Below, one piece after another: positions 48,408 through 57,797 of a stretch of 64,000 nt of DNA. Location of the stretch: positions 32,001-96,000 of the forward strand of contig OY760935.1 of NCBI GenBank assembly GCA_963664295.1. Reading direction: 5' to 3'. Below the pieces are notes generated by a model that was not told where the DNA came from, did not search any database, and was given only the letters and a program-made list of their open reading frames with translations. Origin of the DNA: Candidatus Altimarinota bacterium (GTDB taxonomy: Bacteria > Patescibacteriota > Gracilibacteria > CAIRYL01 > GCA-016699755). Each line of letters begins with the position of its first letter. The stretch's first letter is position 1. The position numbers and the translations under genes are program-made.

Positions 48408-49709
48408 ATGAATAAATTAAATCAACCATCCTCTGATAAATTAAATCAATATCCTAACCATGAAGACCTTAAAGAAACTGATCCTGAAGTTGCTGAATTA
48501 GTTCAGGAGGAGGTTGAAAGAGTGAGAGATGGTATTCAGTTAATACCATCTGAGAATTTTGCTAGTAAAGCTGTTTTAGAGGTTGTTGGCTCAGTTTTAA
48601 ACACTAAATATTCTGAAGGTTATCCAGGGGCAAGATATTATGAAGGCAATACCACCGTTGATAAGCTTGAAACACTGGCCATAGAAAGAGCAAAGGCTTT
48701 ATTTGGTGCTGAGCATGCTAATGTGCAGTTATTGTCTGGTGGTCCTGCTAATATGGCAGCTTATGAAGCTATTTTAGGGCCAGAAGATAAAGTAATGTCT
48801 ATGAATTTGGCACAAGGAGGTCATTTAACGCATGGTGCACCTGTTAATTTTTCCGGTAAAAAATATAATTTTACGCATTACAGTGTTGATCCAGATACAC
48901 ACTTAATTGATTATGATTCTTTGCTAAAAGAGGCACGAGAAATAAAACCAAAGCTTATTGTTACTGGTGCTACTGCTTATCCGCGTATAATTGATTTCAA
49001 TAAATTTAAAGAAGTGGCTGATGAGGTGGGTGCAATGTTGCTTGTTGATATGTCTCATATTACAGGTTTGGTTGTTGGCGGTGTTCATCCTGACCCTGTT
49101 CCTTTGAGTGATGTTGTCACTTCTACAACTCATAAAACCTTGCGTGGACCAAGAGGAGCAATGATTTTATCAAAAGCTGAATATGCTAAAGCTATTGATA
49201 AAGCAGTTTTTCCAGCTATTCAGGCTGGTCCGCATGAAAACACTATTGCTGCAAAGGCAGTTGCTTTTCATGAAGCATCTAGGCCTGATTTTAAAGAATA
49301 TGCTCAGCAAATTGTAAAAAATGCTAAGGTGCTTTCAGAAGAATTATTAAGTTTGGGATACGATTTAGTTAGCGGAGGAACAGATAATCATTTGATGATC
49401 ATTGATTTACGTAAAAATGGTATAACAGGAAAGGTGGGAGCAAAAAGACTTGATGATGCTGGTATTTGTACTAATAAAAATTTGGTTCCATATGACGAAA
49501 AAAGTCCATTTGTTACTAGCGGTATTCGCATTGGCACACCTGCTATGACAACTCGTGGTTTAAAAGAAAACGACATGGTGCTTATTGCAAGATGGATAGA
49601 TCAAGTGCTACGTAATGTTGATGACGAAAAAAATATTCAAAGAGTTAAGGCTGAAATCGCAGAATTTCTTTCTCAATTTCCATTGTATTTATTTTTAGAT
49701 GCTAAATAA
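48408..49709 (+). CDS. glyA: Serine hydroxymethyltransferase
   Basis: LIPSENF, KYSEGYPGARYY, GGHLTHG, TTHKTLRGPRG, SGGTDNH, SGIRIGT; TTGACA at 48335. Confidence 0.92.
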   Translation: MNKLNQPSSDKLNQYPNHEDLKETDPEVAELVQEEVERVRDGIQLIPSENFASKAVLEVVGSVLNTKYSEGYPGARYYEGNTTVDKLETLAIERAKALFGAEHANVQLLSGGPANMAAYEAILGPEDKVMSMNLAQGGHLTHGAPVNFSGKKYNFTHYSVDPDTHLIDYDSLLKEAREIKPKLIVTGATAYPRIIDFNKFKEVADEVGAMLLVDMSHITGLVVGGVHPDPVPLSDVVTSTTHKTLRGPRGAMILSKAEYAKAIDKAVFPAIQAGPHENTIAAKAVAFHEASRPDFKEYAQQIVKNAKVLSEELLSLGYDLVSGGTDNHLMIIDLRKNGITGKVGAKRLDDAGICTNKNLVPYDEKSPFVTSGIRIGTPAMTTRGLKENDMVLIARWIDQVLRNVDDEKNIQRVKAEIAEFLSQFPLYLFLDAK

Positions 49710-49717
49710 TTAAGTAG

Positions 49718-50530
49718 ATGAAGCACTTTTTGAAAAAAATATCTAATGCAGAGCTTTATGCAATTGTTGATTTATTTTCAGAACCAGAAAAGGTGATAAT
49801 TTTTTCTCTGCTTGAGAAAAAAGGAATATTTGAAAATCAAAATCCTAATATTTGGATATTTGGTTTTGATGAAAAAAAAATAGAAAGCATTTTAATTATT
49901 TTCAATAAAAATGCTTTTTTATTGGGAAATAATTTTTTGCAAATAAATAAGCTTCCAAATGACCTAAGAGATAAAATAAAAAAATGCACAATTTTGGGTG
50001 AAGAAAATGTTCTTCAGGCTTTTTTTGGAAAAAATAAAACTCATTTTTTAATGAAGAAAGATTTTGCTTTTTTAGAAAAAAAGATAGATAAAATTGAGAA
50101 AAATAATGATTATGAATTAGTTGTGAATAGTAATAGTAAAGAAAATCGTATTGCTTATGCTCAAATGAAGAGAGATTTTATTTTCGAAGAAACAAAAAAG
50201 AACTTGTCTTGGGAAAGTTTATTATTTTCTGACAAAGAATACTTAAACGTTTCTCCTTTTTTATTAAAAAAAGGAGATGAAATTATTGGTATGGTTTCTG
50301 CAAATTTTATCTCCAAAGAGTTTGCGATGATTAATCTTATGTATATTAAGCCGGAATATAGAAAACAGGGGCTAGGAAAATACTTATTATTAAATTATAT
50401 TAATTATTTGCACAAGAAATCCAAAAAAATATGTTTATTTTATTCGCCAGACAATATTTCTGCAAAATTTTTATACAAAAATATTGGTTTTATTAAAAAT
50501 TGTAGCTGGATTATGGCAATACCTCTTTAG
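49718..50530 (+). CDS. GNAT acetyltransferase (C-terminal GNAT domain)
   Basis: YIKPEYRKQGLG, N..A..LYKNIGF. Confidence 0.8.
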   Translation: MKHFLKKISNAELYAIVDLFSEPEKVIIFSLLEKKGIFENQNPNIWIFGFDEKKIESILIIFNKNAFLLGNNFLQINKLPNDLRDKIKKCTILGEENVLQAFFGKNKTHFLMKKDFAFLEKKIDKIEKNNDYELVVNSNSKENRIAYAQMKRDFIFEETKKNLSWESLLFSDKEYLNVSPFLLKKGDEIIGMVSANFISKEFAMINLMYIKPEYRKQGLGKYLLLNYINYLHKKSKKICLFYSPDNISAKFLYKNIGFIKNCSWIMAIPL

Positions 50531-50547
50531 TTTTATAGATAATTTAT

Positions 50548-52578
50548 ATGAATAAAAAAGATTTACCACCTGTGAGAAGTCCAGAAGAGGCCAAACAATT
50601 AGCAGGAAATTATCCTGAAAAAGCCCATCATTTGGCCTATTCACTAAAAACACTTAGAGAAAGTCAGCAGCATATTAAGCCATACACTGCTGATGTTTGC
50701 GGAAAAACATTTCTTGTTATGCCGAATGTTTTTGCTCCTACTTATTTTATGGATACACCATTTTTTGCTGAAAATTTACCCATTCAAGAAGGAGAGTCTT
50801 TTTTGGAAATAGGCTCAGGAACAGGAGTTGTTTCAATCATGGCTGCTTTAAAAGGCGCTGGAGAGGTCTATGCATTAGATATAAATCCGTCCGCAGTAGA
50901 AAATACTAGACGAAATATTTTTAGATTTGGATTAGACAATAAAATGATGGCTTTGCAGAGCGATGTTTATGATTCATTACCACCAGGTAAAAAATTTGAT
51001 ACTATTTTTTGGAATGTGCCATTTGGTGTTGTTGATGAAGAATTATCTGATCTTGAAAAAGCAGTATTTGATCAGGGCTATGAATCAGTTAGAAGGTTTA
51101 TTGTCGAAGCTAAAGATAGACTAAAAGAAGGAGGAAGGTTGCTTTTGGGCTTTTCTACAGATGAAGGCAGGTTTGAACTAATAGAAAAGTTTGCCAAAGA
51201 AGGAGGATTAGAAATTAAGCTTTTAGAAGAAAAAGCAATTATTAACAGGGGACATGCAATTAAGTTTGAAATTTTTGAAATGAAACCTAAGACTGGAAAT
51301 AAAAGAGATATAGAAGTATCTGATAAAAAAGAAGTAGATGAAAAAAATTCAGCTCAAGATATTAAATTTGAAGTTCCTTTTAATTGGGAGCCAGATTTTT
51401 TAGATTTTTTAGAAACCCATAAAGACAAAGTACATTCTGTTTACGGATCTTTACCCGGTGAAGCGACTGGTAGACCAATACCTCATTCATCTTCGGTTAA
51501 TAAAAGCGCAATAACAACTAAGTATTTTGCAGAAGTTGTTGATAGATTAAAAAAATTAGGAATAGACTTTAACTTAGTAATGAATGCAACATGTAATGCA
51601 AATACTCATCATACCAATGAAGGTAAAAAAAGAATTAAAGAAAAAGTGGAAAGAATTAGTGATATAGGAATAAACACTGTCACTGTTGCTAATTTTGACC
51701 TAGCAAGGAGGATTAGTGATATAAATTCAGAAATTAGAATTATGTTGTCTATTATTTTTAATATTACACAATTAGACCAAATAAGATATGCTCGCAGGCA
51801 AGATTTTAATTTGCAAGGCGTGTTAGTTGGTAAAGGTTTGAATAGAAATTTGCCATTATTAAAAAGGTTTTTAGATAGAACAAAAGATCTTGATGCAATT
51901 GCAATTGCTAATGATTTTTGTCCTTCTGCAAATTGTCCAGAGCGCATAACAGATCATAACAACTCATGTGCTCATAAAAATATGCCCATGAGTCCTGAGT
52001 ATGGCGAACAATATTATGTATCTCCTAGTACTAATTGTAGAGCTATGACTTTGCAAGATCCTGCTTATTTTTTAAGAGCTCCTGTTATAAATCCTAATGA
52101 TTTAGCTGTTTATGCTGATGCAGGTGTTAAAACATTAAAACTAACAGACAGAATTATGCCTTCAAAAAAATTGATGGAGATTTGTGATGCATATTTTGGG
52201 GGTGAATATGACGGCAATCTTTTTGATCTTTTTAGTTATACTGGACATTTTGACAACACACATTTGCCACAAAGACGATTAAGCAAAGAGGAGGTCAGGA
52301 AAATTGTTCAAGGTGGTTATCAAAATTTAGCTAGTCATAGAAATTTATTTCGTTTAAATCCTTTTCTTAGCGCGCGTGCTCTTTCTGAAAGTGGCTTTAT
52401 GAAACCTTTTGAAAAAGGGGCTTGTGATCATGATTGTTATCATGAAGAAGTAGCGCCTAGTGGTTGTCAACATTGCGATAATTATGCAGATAGATTTCTT
52501 GAAATTGATGAAGAATTAAAAGACATTGTGTTGCACAACATTAAAACCTTGCAAGCAGTTTCAAAACAAGAGATTTAG
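50548..52578 (+). CDS. Fusion of a HemK/MTS-like SAM methyltransferase and a peptidase-U32-family (Fe-S) domain
   Basis: LEIGSGTG, LDINP, SDVY, NVPF; then VYGS, FNLVMNATC, VTVAN, LNRNL, ANDFCPSANCP..H..C..C, INPNDL, LKL, C-terminal Cys cluster. Confidence 0.8.
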   Translation: MNKKDLPPVRSPEEAKQLAGNYPEKAHHLAYSLKTLRESQQHIKPYTADVCGKTFLVMPNVFAPTYFMDTPFFAENLPIQEGESFLEIGSGTGVVSIMAALKGAGEVYALDINPSAVENTRRNIFRFGLDNKMMALQSDVYDSLPPGKKFDTIFWNVPFGVVDEELSDLEKAVFDQGYESVRRFIVEAKDRLKEGGRLLLGFSTDEGRFELIEKFAKEGGLEIKLLEEKAIINRGHAIKFEIFEMKPKTGNKRDIEVSDKKEVDEKNSAQDIKFEVPFNWEPDFLDFLETHKDKVHSVYGSLPGEATGRPIPHSSSVNKSAITTKYFAEVVDRLKKLGIDFNLVMNATCNANTHHTNEGKKRIKEKVERISDIGINTVTVANFDLARRISDINSEIRIMLSIIFNITQLDQIRYARRQDFNLQGVLVGKGLNRNLPLLKRFLDRTKDLDAIAIANDFCPSANCPERITDHNNSCAHKNMPMSPEYGEQYYVSPSTNCRAMTLQDPAYFLRAPVINPNDLAVYADAGVKTLKLTDRIMPSKKLMEICDAYFGGEYDGNLFDLFSYTGHFDNTHLPQRRLSKEEVRKIVQGGYQNLASHRNLFRLNPFLSARALSESGFMKPFEKGACDHDCYHEEVAPSGCQHCDNYADRFLEIDEELKDIVLHNIKTLQAVSKQEI

Positions 52579-52587
52579 CTTCTTTTA

Positions 52588-53220
52588 ATGCTCGAAAAAT
52601 ATAGTCATTATTTTTTTGACTTAGATGGCGTGTTGATTGACACAGTTGATTATTATGCTAGGACTTTTAGACAAATGGCCATTAACCTTGGTGCAAATTC
52701 AGTGCCAGATTATGATTATTTTAGAAAAAACATAGGTCTTCAAATTGAAGAATTATTATGTCCGATTGTTCCAAAAAATAGACACCCTGAAATATTACCA
52801 ATGTTTTGTGAAGTTAATACTGAGTTTCACGATGTTTCTAGTTTTCAGGAAGTTGAGGGAGCAACAGAACTTTTAAAGAAATTAAAATTTATTGGCAAAA
52901 AAATTGCAATAATTACTTCAAAAACCAAAATAGGAGTTGATTTAGTTTTAAATCATTTTGCATGGAAAGATTTAATTGATTTTTCTGTGACAGCTGATGA
53001 TGTTAATATTTTTAAGCCTGATCCAGAAGGTGTTTTAAAAACCATTAAACACTTTAAAATTTTTACTAGTAATTGTGTTTTTATTGGTGACTCAGAACAT
53101 GACGCTCTTGCTGCAAAAAATGCAAATATTGACTTTTTAGGCGTTTTAACAGGTTGTTCTTCGGAAAAAGACTGGGAAGAATTACAAGTAAAATTTATTA
53201 GCTCAATTAAATCTTTATAA
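52588..53220 (+). CDS. HAD-superfamily phosphatase (Gph-like)
   Basis: FDLDGVLID, ITSK, KPDPE, IGDSEHD. Confidence 0.9.
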   Translation: MLEKYSHYFFDLDGVLIDTVDYYARTFRQMAINLGANSVPDYDYFRKNIGLQIEELLCPIVPKNRHPEILPMFCEVNTEFHDVSSFQEVEGATELLKKLKFIGKKIAIITSKTKIGVDLVLNHFAWKDLIDFSVTADDVNIFKPDPEGVLKTIKHFKIFTSNCVFIGDSEHDALAAKNANIDFLGVLTGCSSEKDWEELQVKFISSIKSL

Positions 53221-53296
53221 ATAAGTTTATTTTTTTATTGATTTTACTTACAAACTTATTAAATAATTTAATTATATGTTTTTATTGTGATAAAAA

Positions 53297-55513
53297 ATGA
53301 AAAAATCTTTTTTGTATATTTTATTTACTTTTTTTGCCTTGTTTTTGCAAGGCAATACTGCAAAAGCTACTTCAATGATCCCAGATGATTTTAATCCTGG
53401 CGATTTAGTCACTATTACTGGATCTGGATTTGCTAGTAAAACAAATGGTAATATTTGTTTTAATGATGATTTACATTGTTTGCCTGATTCTTTAATAAAA
53501 ACTTGGACCGATAGTAAAATACAATTTACTGTGCCTTCAACTTACGATCTTTCAAATAAGGGCAAGATTATTGTTTATGCAGAAGTTGAATTCAAAAATT
53601 GCCCTAAGTATAGCTATGTGGAAGAGCATTGCTATTGGGATAGCAATATTATGAATGTAGCAGAGTTTAATTACAGGTTTTATCCCTACATTAGTCGTAT
53701 TAATGATCAGGAAGAAACTGTTGATGAGGACAGCACGCTCATTGGTGCTAAATCTGGCGATACTATAATCATTGAGGGTGAAGCTTTTGGTGATTCTGGT
53801 AAAGTTTTTTTTGTTGGTGATAGCGAAAAAAAAGTTCAATGGAAAACTTGGTCAGATACTGCTGTGACTGTGGTTGTACCTGACTTAAAAAATTGCAAAA
53901 GAATAGAAATAGAAAGCTCAAACGGACTAACTCATAAAATTGATTTTGAAATATTTGAAAATTTTTCCAGTGATGATTATTCCGGTTTGCAAAATTATTT
54001 AATTAACGCAAAAATTCCTGAAATGTGGGAAAATATTAGCTCAAATGAGGAAATTATTGTTGCTGTTATTGATGATGGTGTTTATTACAACCACCCTGAT
54101 TTGGCAGATAAAATGTGGAAAAATGAAGAAGAAATATTAGGAAATGGCCTTGATGATGATAATAATGGCTATATTGACGATAAGTATGGTTGGAATTTTT
54201 TTGATGAAAATAATATTATTGAAGTTCAAGGTTCACATGGCACTACAGTAGCTGGTATTATTGCTGCAAATAGAAATAATGAAATTGGTATTGCAGGCAT
54301 TGCGGATAATGTAAAAATAATGCCCATTATTGTTTGTGATGAAGAAGCTTGTTCCAATCAAGCTGTTGTTGATGCTATTTTTTATGCTGTTGATAATGGA
54401 GCAAGGGTGATCAACATCAGCCTAGGGGATAATATTATTTCTAATTTTTCAGAAATTTATAATTATCCTGTGCAATATGCATGGGAGCATAATGTAATTT
54501 TGGTTGTTTCTGCTGGCAATGGAGATTTACTCGAACAAGGCATAAACACAAGTGAATATCCTGTCTCACTTGTTTGTAATGAAAGTACACAAAACATGAT
54601 AATTGGCGTGGGTGCAAGCGCAAGTGACAATCAAAGTCGCACTGATTGGACTAACTATGGCGACTGTGTGGATATATATGCCCAAGGTGAAGGCATTGTT
54701 TCTACTACTGTTGGTGATTTTTTCTATGATATTCAAGATGGAACTTCGTTCTCTGCTCCTATTGTTAGCGGAGTTATTGCCTCTGTTTTATCTGCTTATC
54801 CAAAAATGACAAATGAACAAATATGGGATTATTTAGTAAATAGTACTGATACGCAAATACTGGATGCAGAAAAATTATTATTAGAAATTAAAAGAAGCTA
54901 TAAAGCTTTAGAAGAAAATACTGATAATAATTTAGAGGATAACAAAACAGAAGAGAGTGAAGATAGTGAATTAAGCTTTTCTGATGTTCACAAAAGCCAT
55001 AAAAATCAAGTAGCAATTAAATACATGAAGAAGCAGGGGATTATCAATGGTTATTCAGATGGCATTTTTAGGCCTAATAATTTTGTAAATAGGGCAGAAT
55101 TATTAAAATTAATAATAGAAGCTAAGTTGAACAATTTTAATAAAGACGAATACAATGAAGCTTGTTTTTCTGATATTGAAAAGGGGGATTGGTACACAGC
55201 TTATGTTTGTTATGCCAAAGAAAAAGAGTGGGTTAATGGTTATGCAGATGGCACTTTTAGGCCAAATCAAACAGTTTCTAAAGCAGAAGCCGTAAAAATT
55301 ATCTTAGTTGCTTATGGATTTGCTGTTTCAGAAGAAGCAAGTAAAACTAGCTTTGAAGATGTTGAAATTAATGATTGGTACGCAGTTTATTTAGAAAAAG
55401 CAAATGATTATGATTTTTTGGAAACAAAAACAGGTAAATATAATCCCAATAATGGCATGACAAGGGCGAATGTTAGTCAGGTGATTTATAATGTTTTGGT
55501 ATTTATGGAGTAA
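53297..55513 (+). CDS. Secreted subtilisin-like S8 protease with IPT/TIG and SLH domains
   Basis: Signal peptide; VAVIDDG, HGTTVAG, GTSFSAP triad; GYSDGIFRPN..NRAE SLH repeats. Confidence 0.92.
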   Translation: MKKSFLYILFTFFALFLQGNTAKATSMIPDDFNPGDLVTITGSGFASKTNGNICFNDDLHCLPDSLIKTWTDSKIQFTVPSTYDLSNKGKIIVYAEVEFKNCPKYSYVEEHCYWDSNIMNVAEFNYRFYPYISRINDQEETVDEDSTLIGAKSGDTIIIEGEAFGDSGKVFFVGDSEKKVQWKTWSDTAVTVVVPDLKNCKRIEIESSNGLTHKIDFEIFENFSSDDYSGLQNYLINAKIPEMWENISSNEEIIVAVIDDGVYYNHPDLADKMWKNEEEILGNGLDDDNNGYIDDKYGWNFFDENNIIEVQGSHGTTVAGIIAANRNNEIGIAGIADNVKIMPIIVCDEEACSNQAVVDAIFYAVDNGARVINISLGDNIISNFSEIYNYPVQYAWEHNVILVVSAGNGDLLEQGINTSEYPVSLVCNESTQNMIIGVGASASDNQSRTDWTNYGDCVDIYAQGEGIVSTTVGDFFYDIQDGTSFSAPIVSGVIASVLSAYPKMTNEQIWDYLVNSTDTQILDAEKLLLEIKRSYKALEENTDNNLEDNKTEESEDSELSFSDVHKSHKNQVAIKYMKKQGIINGYSDGIFRPNNFVNRAELLKLIIEAKLNNFNKDEYNEACFSDIEKGDWYTAYVCYAKEKEWVNGYADGTFRPNQTVSKAEAVKIILVAYGFAVSEEASKTSFEDVEINDWYAVYLEKANDYDFLETKTGKYNPNNGMTRANVSQVIYNVLVFME

Positions 55514-55525
55514 TTTTAGGTACTA

Positions 55526-55619
55526 GAAGCAGGACGATGATGTGCATCGTCCTGATTGTTTGATGTGGTTATGTCGATTGCTTACGCAATGGCACAATTA
55601 CACATTTTCGTCCTGCTTC
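55526..55619. other. 94-bp structured element with terminal inverted repeats and an alternative internal hairpin
   Basis: gaagcaggacga (55526-37) pairs with tcgtcctgcttc (55608-19); alternatively caggacgatg pairs with catcgtcctg (55545-54). Confidence 0.65.
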
Positions 55620-55630
55620 CGATCCCTATA

Positions 55631-56779
55631 TTAGGGCAAGGTGTATATTGCAACCCTTCCCTGGATGTAACTTTTTTTGTCAAAGTTTCCAGGGCTGGTG
55701 GTGATGATGCTCTTGCTGTCACTGTCAATGGTCCATCCCCAGTGTTCTCCGGGGGGAGTGTCGCTCGGAAGAGGCAGGCGGCTTTTTTGCCAATCGCCAT
55801 TCTTCCTCTCGAAGAACCAGAGTTCCCCCTTGTAGCCATCGGCGTTGTAGGCGCCGACAATGAGATTGTCACCACTGTCTTCCAGGGTGACCAAGCTGTC
55901 CATGTTGACCAGCGGGTAGGTGTTGTTGTCTTCGTGAATCCAGACAACATTACTGCCACCGACAGCAATGTAGCTGTCGCAAATGGCTGATTTTTCCCCA
56001 AAGTTTTTTGCGTATTTGGGGAGGTCTACATCTTTAACGATGACCCAGTTTGTGCCCCGTCTTTTTGCGATGCGCATGCCTTTGAGGTCATCGAAACCCA
56101 TGCCACCAACCAGGGTATCTCCCTTGATGTCAGGCATGGCGTCGATGGCGACTTCTTGTTCGAGAACAATCGCCTCAGCTTCGATCCGGAACACGTGAAC
56201 CTTGGTTCCGGAGGTGGTTACCAGTCGATTGTTATCGACCTCCATCCAGTTGCCGATGCCGTAACGTGTGTTTTTTTTGTTGACGAGTTTCTGGAAAAAC
56301 TCCCAGCCACCGGCGACAGTCTGGGTGAATACGTAGATGGCCCCGGCCTTTTCGTTTTCATGCGGGGCTCCTACGAAAATGAAAGTTTTGCCAGCTACGC
56401 GGGCGATTTCTGTCTCAGCGCCGTAACAGACGGCGCTTGTGTCTAAGCCGTTGATGATGAGTTGAGCCGTTTCTACCCAGTGGCCATTTTGATGGGTGAA
56501 AACCCAAGCGCTGTCGTTTTGCGCGCTAACAACGGCAAGGTCGCCGTCGATGACGGCACTGCAACAACCCGTGCCAGGTTCAAGGCCCTTGGGTCTAATC
56601 AAAACAGGCTGACCGAACTTGCTCGAAACTTCCTTTGCCAAATTGGCCTTTTCGATTTTCCATGGCGTTTTCCGTTGCCACAGATGTGACCCATGAATGG
56701 GTTTTTTTGCCGTGGGCGTACAGGCTGTAAGCCCAACGATTGCCACTGCGACCATTGCCAAAACGATTGTTCTCTTCAT
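55631..56779 (-). CDS. GC-rich lipoprotein with FG-GAP-like beta-propeller repeats
   Basis: SD CAGGAG, start MKRTIVLAMV, lipobox LTAC; FVGAP...GAIYVF, IVGAY...GELWFF; visibly much higher GC than the flanks. Confidence 0.8.
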   Translation of the reverse strand: MKRTIVLAMVAVAIVGLTACTPTAKKPIHGSHLWQRKTPWKIEKANLAKEVSSKFGQPVLIRPKGLEPGTGCCSAVIDGDLAVVSAQNDSAWVFTHQNGHWVETAQLIINGLDTSAVCYGAETEIARVAGKTFIFVGAPHENEKAGAIYVFTQTVAGGWEFFQKLVNKKNTRYGIGNWMEVDNNRLVTTSGTKVHVFRIEAEAIVLEQEVAIDAMPDIKGDTLVGGMGFDDLKGMRIAKRRGTNWVIVKDVDLPKYAKNFGEKSAICDSYIAVGGSNVVWIHEDNNTYPLVNMDSLVTLEDSGDNLIVGAYNADGYKGELWFFERKNGDWQKSRLPLPSDTPPGEHWGWTIDSDSKSIITTSPGNFDKKSYIQGRVAIYTLP

Positions 56780-56991
56780 TTGTTGCTTCTCCTGTGTTGG
56801 TTTTGTGTGTTGAATTTTGTGAAATGGTTTTTTGTAGCGCTTTTCTCCTGTTTTAGGGTAAATTGTTGTAGGCAGGACGTCTGCTCTTGTTAAAAGATAC
56901 AACGCAAACTTACGTTTGGTTTGCATTAAGCGCAGAACACTGCCTACTATTCCAATGATTTCAAAGATCGCACAATAAAGTATTGTTGAGC

Positions 56992-57020
56992 ATTTTATAA
57001 TAAAATATTTATTTTGTCAA
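56992..57020 (-). promoter_or_regulatory. Sigma70 promoter for the GC-rich lipoprotein gene
   Basis: TTGACA-17 nt-TAAAAT on the minus strand. Confidence 0.65.
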
Positions 57021-57085
57021 TAGTAAATAATCTTTACAAAAATATTTTTTTGTTTTAAAAAGAGAGACAAAAATTTATTTATTTT

Positions 57086-57694
57086 ATGTCCCCTGATAAT
57101 TTTTCTTGTTGTGAATTTAAACGCCAAGTTCAATTTGATTTAGAAAATGGCACACAAATCAAACAAAGTACACCAGAGCTAAATGATGCTTACGGTATAG
57201 CCATTGAAATATATCAATTGGCACAAGAAACAAAAGAAAATGTGCATGAAAAAATTCGTTATTTTTCAATTAAAATTGGTCATGTCGATCATAATGGTAT
57301 TCGCAGTTGTTTGGTTTCTGTTTTGCAAGAAGCTTTAAGTGGAAGTGAAAATTGCGAAAGTGTAAACAATAAAATACCGGAAGTTATCACTTGTATCACA
57401 CCTGGCAATGCTGTTGTTAACATTTTTGGCGAAACTGGAGTTAGAAGGTCGGTTTTGGTGACAGATGATTTTATTAAAGAACAAGAAATAATGGGCAGAT
57501 ATCGTTATTTACATGAATCAAGACGAATACTAGAGAAAGAACTCGGTGCTCCTTTGAAAAAATTTATAAATAATAAATGGCTTCGTAAAGCTTTTTATGC
57601 TGTTTTGTGTAGCTTACAACTAAAACATAAAGATTCTATCAAAGAAACCGCTTTTTATTTACGAGAAGCAGGAGAGTGGAATATTGTTGCTTAA
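57086..57694 (+). CDS. Hypothetical protein
   Basis: 202-aa ORF filling the intergenic space; no recognisable motif. Confidence 0.6.
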   Translation: MSPDNFSCCEFKRQVQFDLENGTQIKQSTPELNDAYGIAIEIYQLAQETKENVHEKIRYFSIKIGHVDHNGIRSCLVSVLQEALSGSENCESVNNKIPEVITCITPGNAVVNIFGETGVRRSVLVTDDFIKEQEIMGRYRYLHESRRILEKELGAPLKKFINNKWLRKAFYAVLCSLQLKHKDSIKETAFYLREAGEWNIVA

Positions 57695-57737
57695 ATTATT
57701 TGACTTTAAAAAATAATTCTGTTAAAAATAAATCAGC

Positions 57738-57797
57738 ATGAAATTAATTATTAAAACTTTGGCTCGTCGTCGAACTCTCAAAATTCTTTGGGGGTAA
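57738..57797 (+). CDS. Arginine-operon leader peptide MKLIIKTLARRRTLKILWG
   Basis: CGT CGT CGA at 57765-57773, upstream of argG, overlapping attenuator stems; TTGACT at 57700. Confidence 0.8.
   Translation: MKLIIKTLARRRTLKILWG

Noticed and set aside
55556-56893. Several plus-strand ORFs in the GC-rich islet
   Set aside because: Stop-poor antisense frames of the lipoprotein gene, which has an SD, lipobox and repeats.
56900-56930. c-di-GMP-I riboswitch (GCAAAC + GNRA hairpin)
   Set aside because: Lacks the downstream GGxCGCAAAG and the second conserved stem; kept only as an unknown structured leader.
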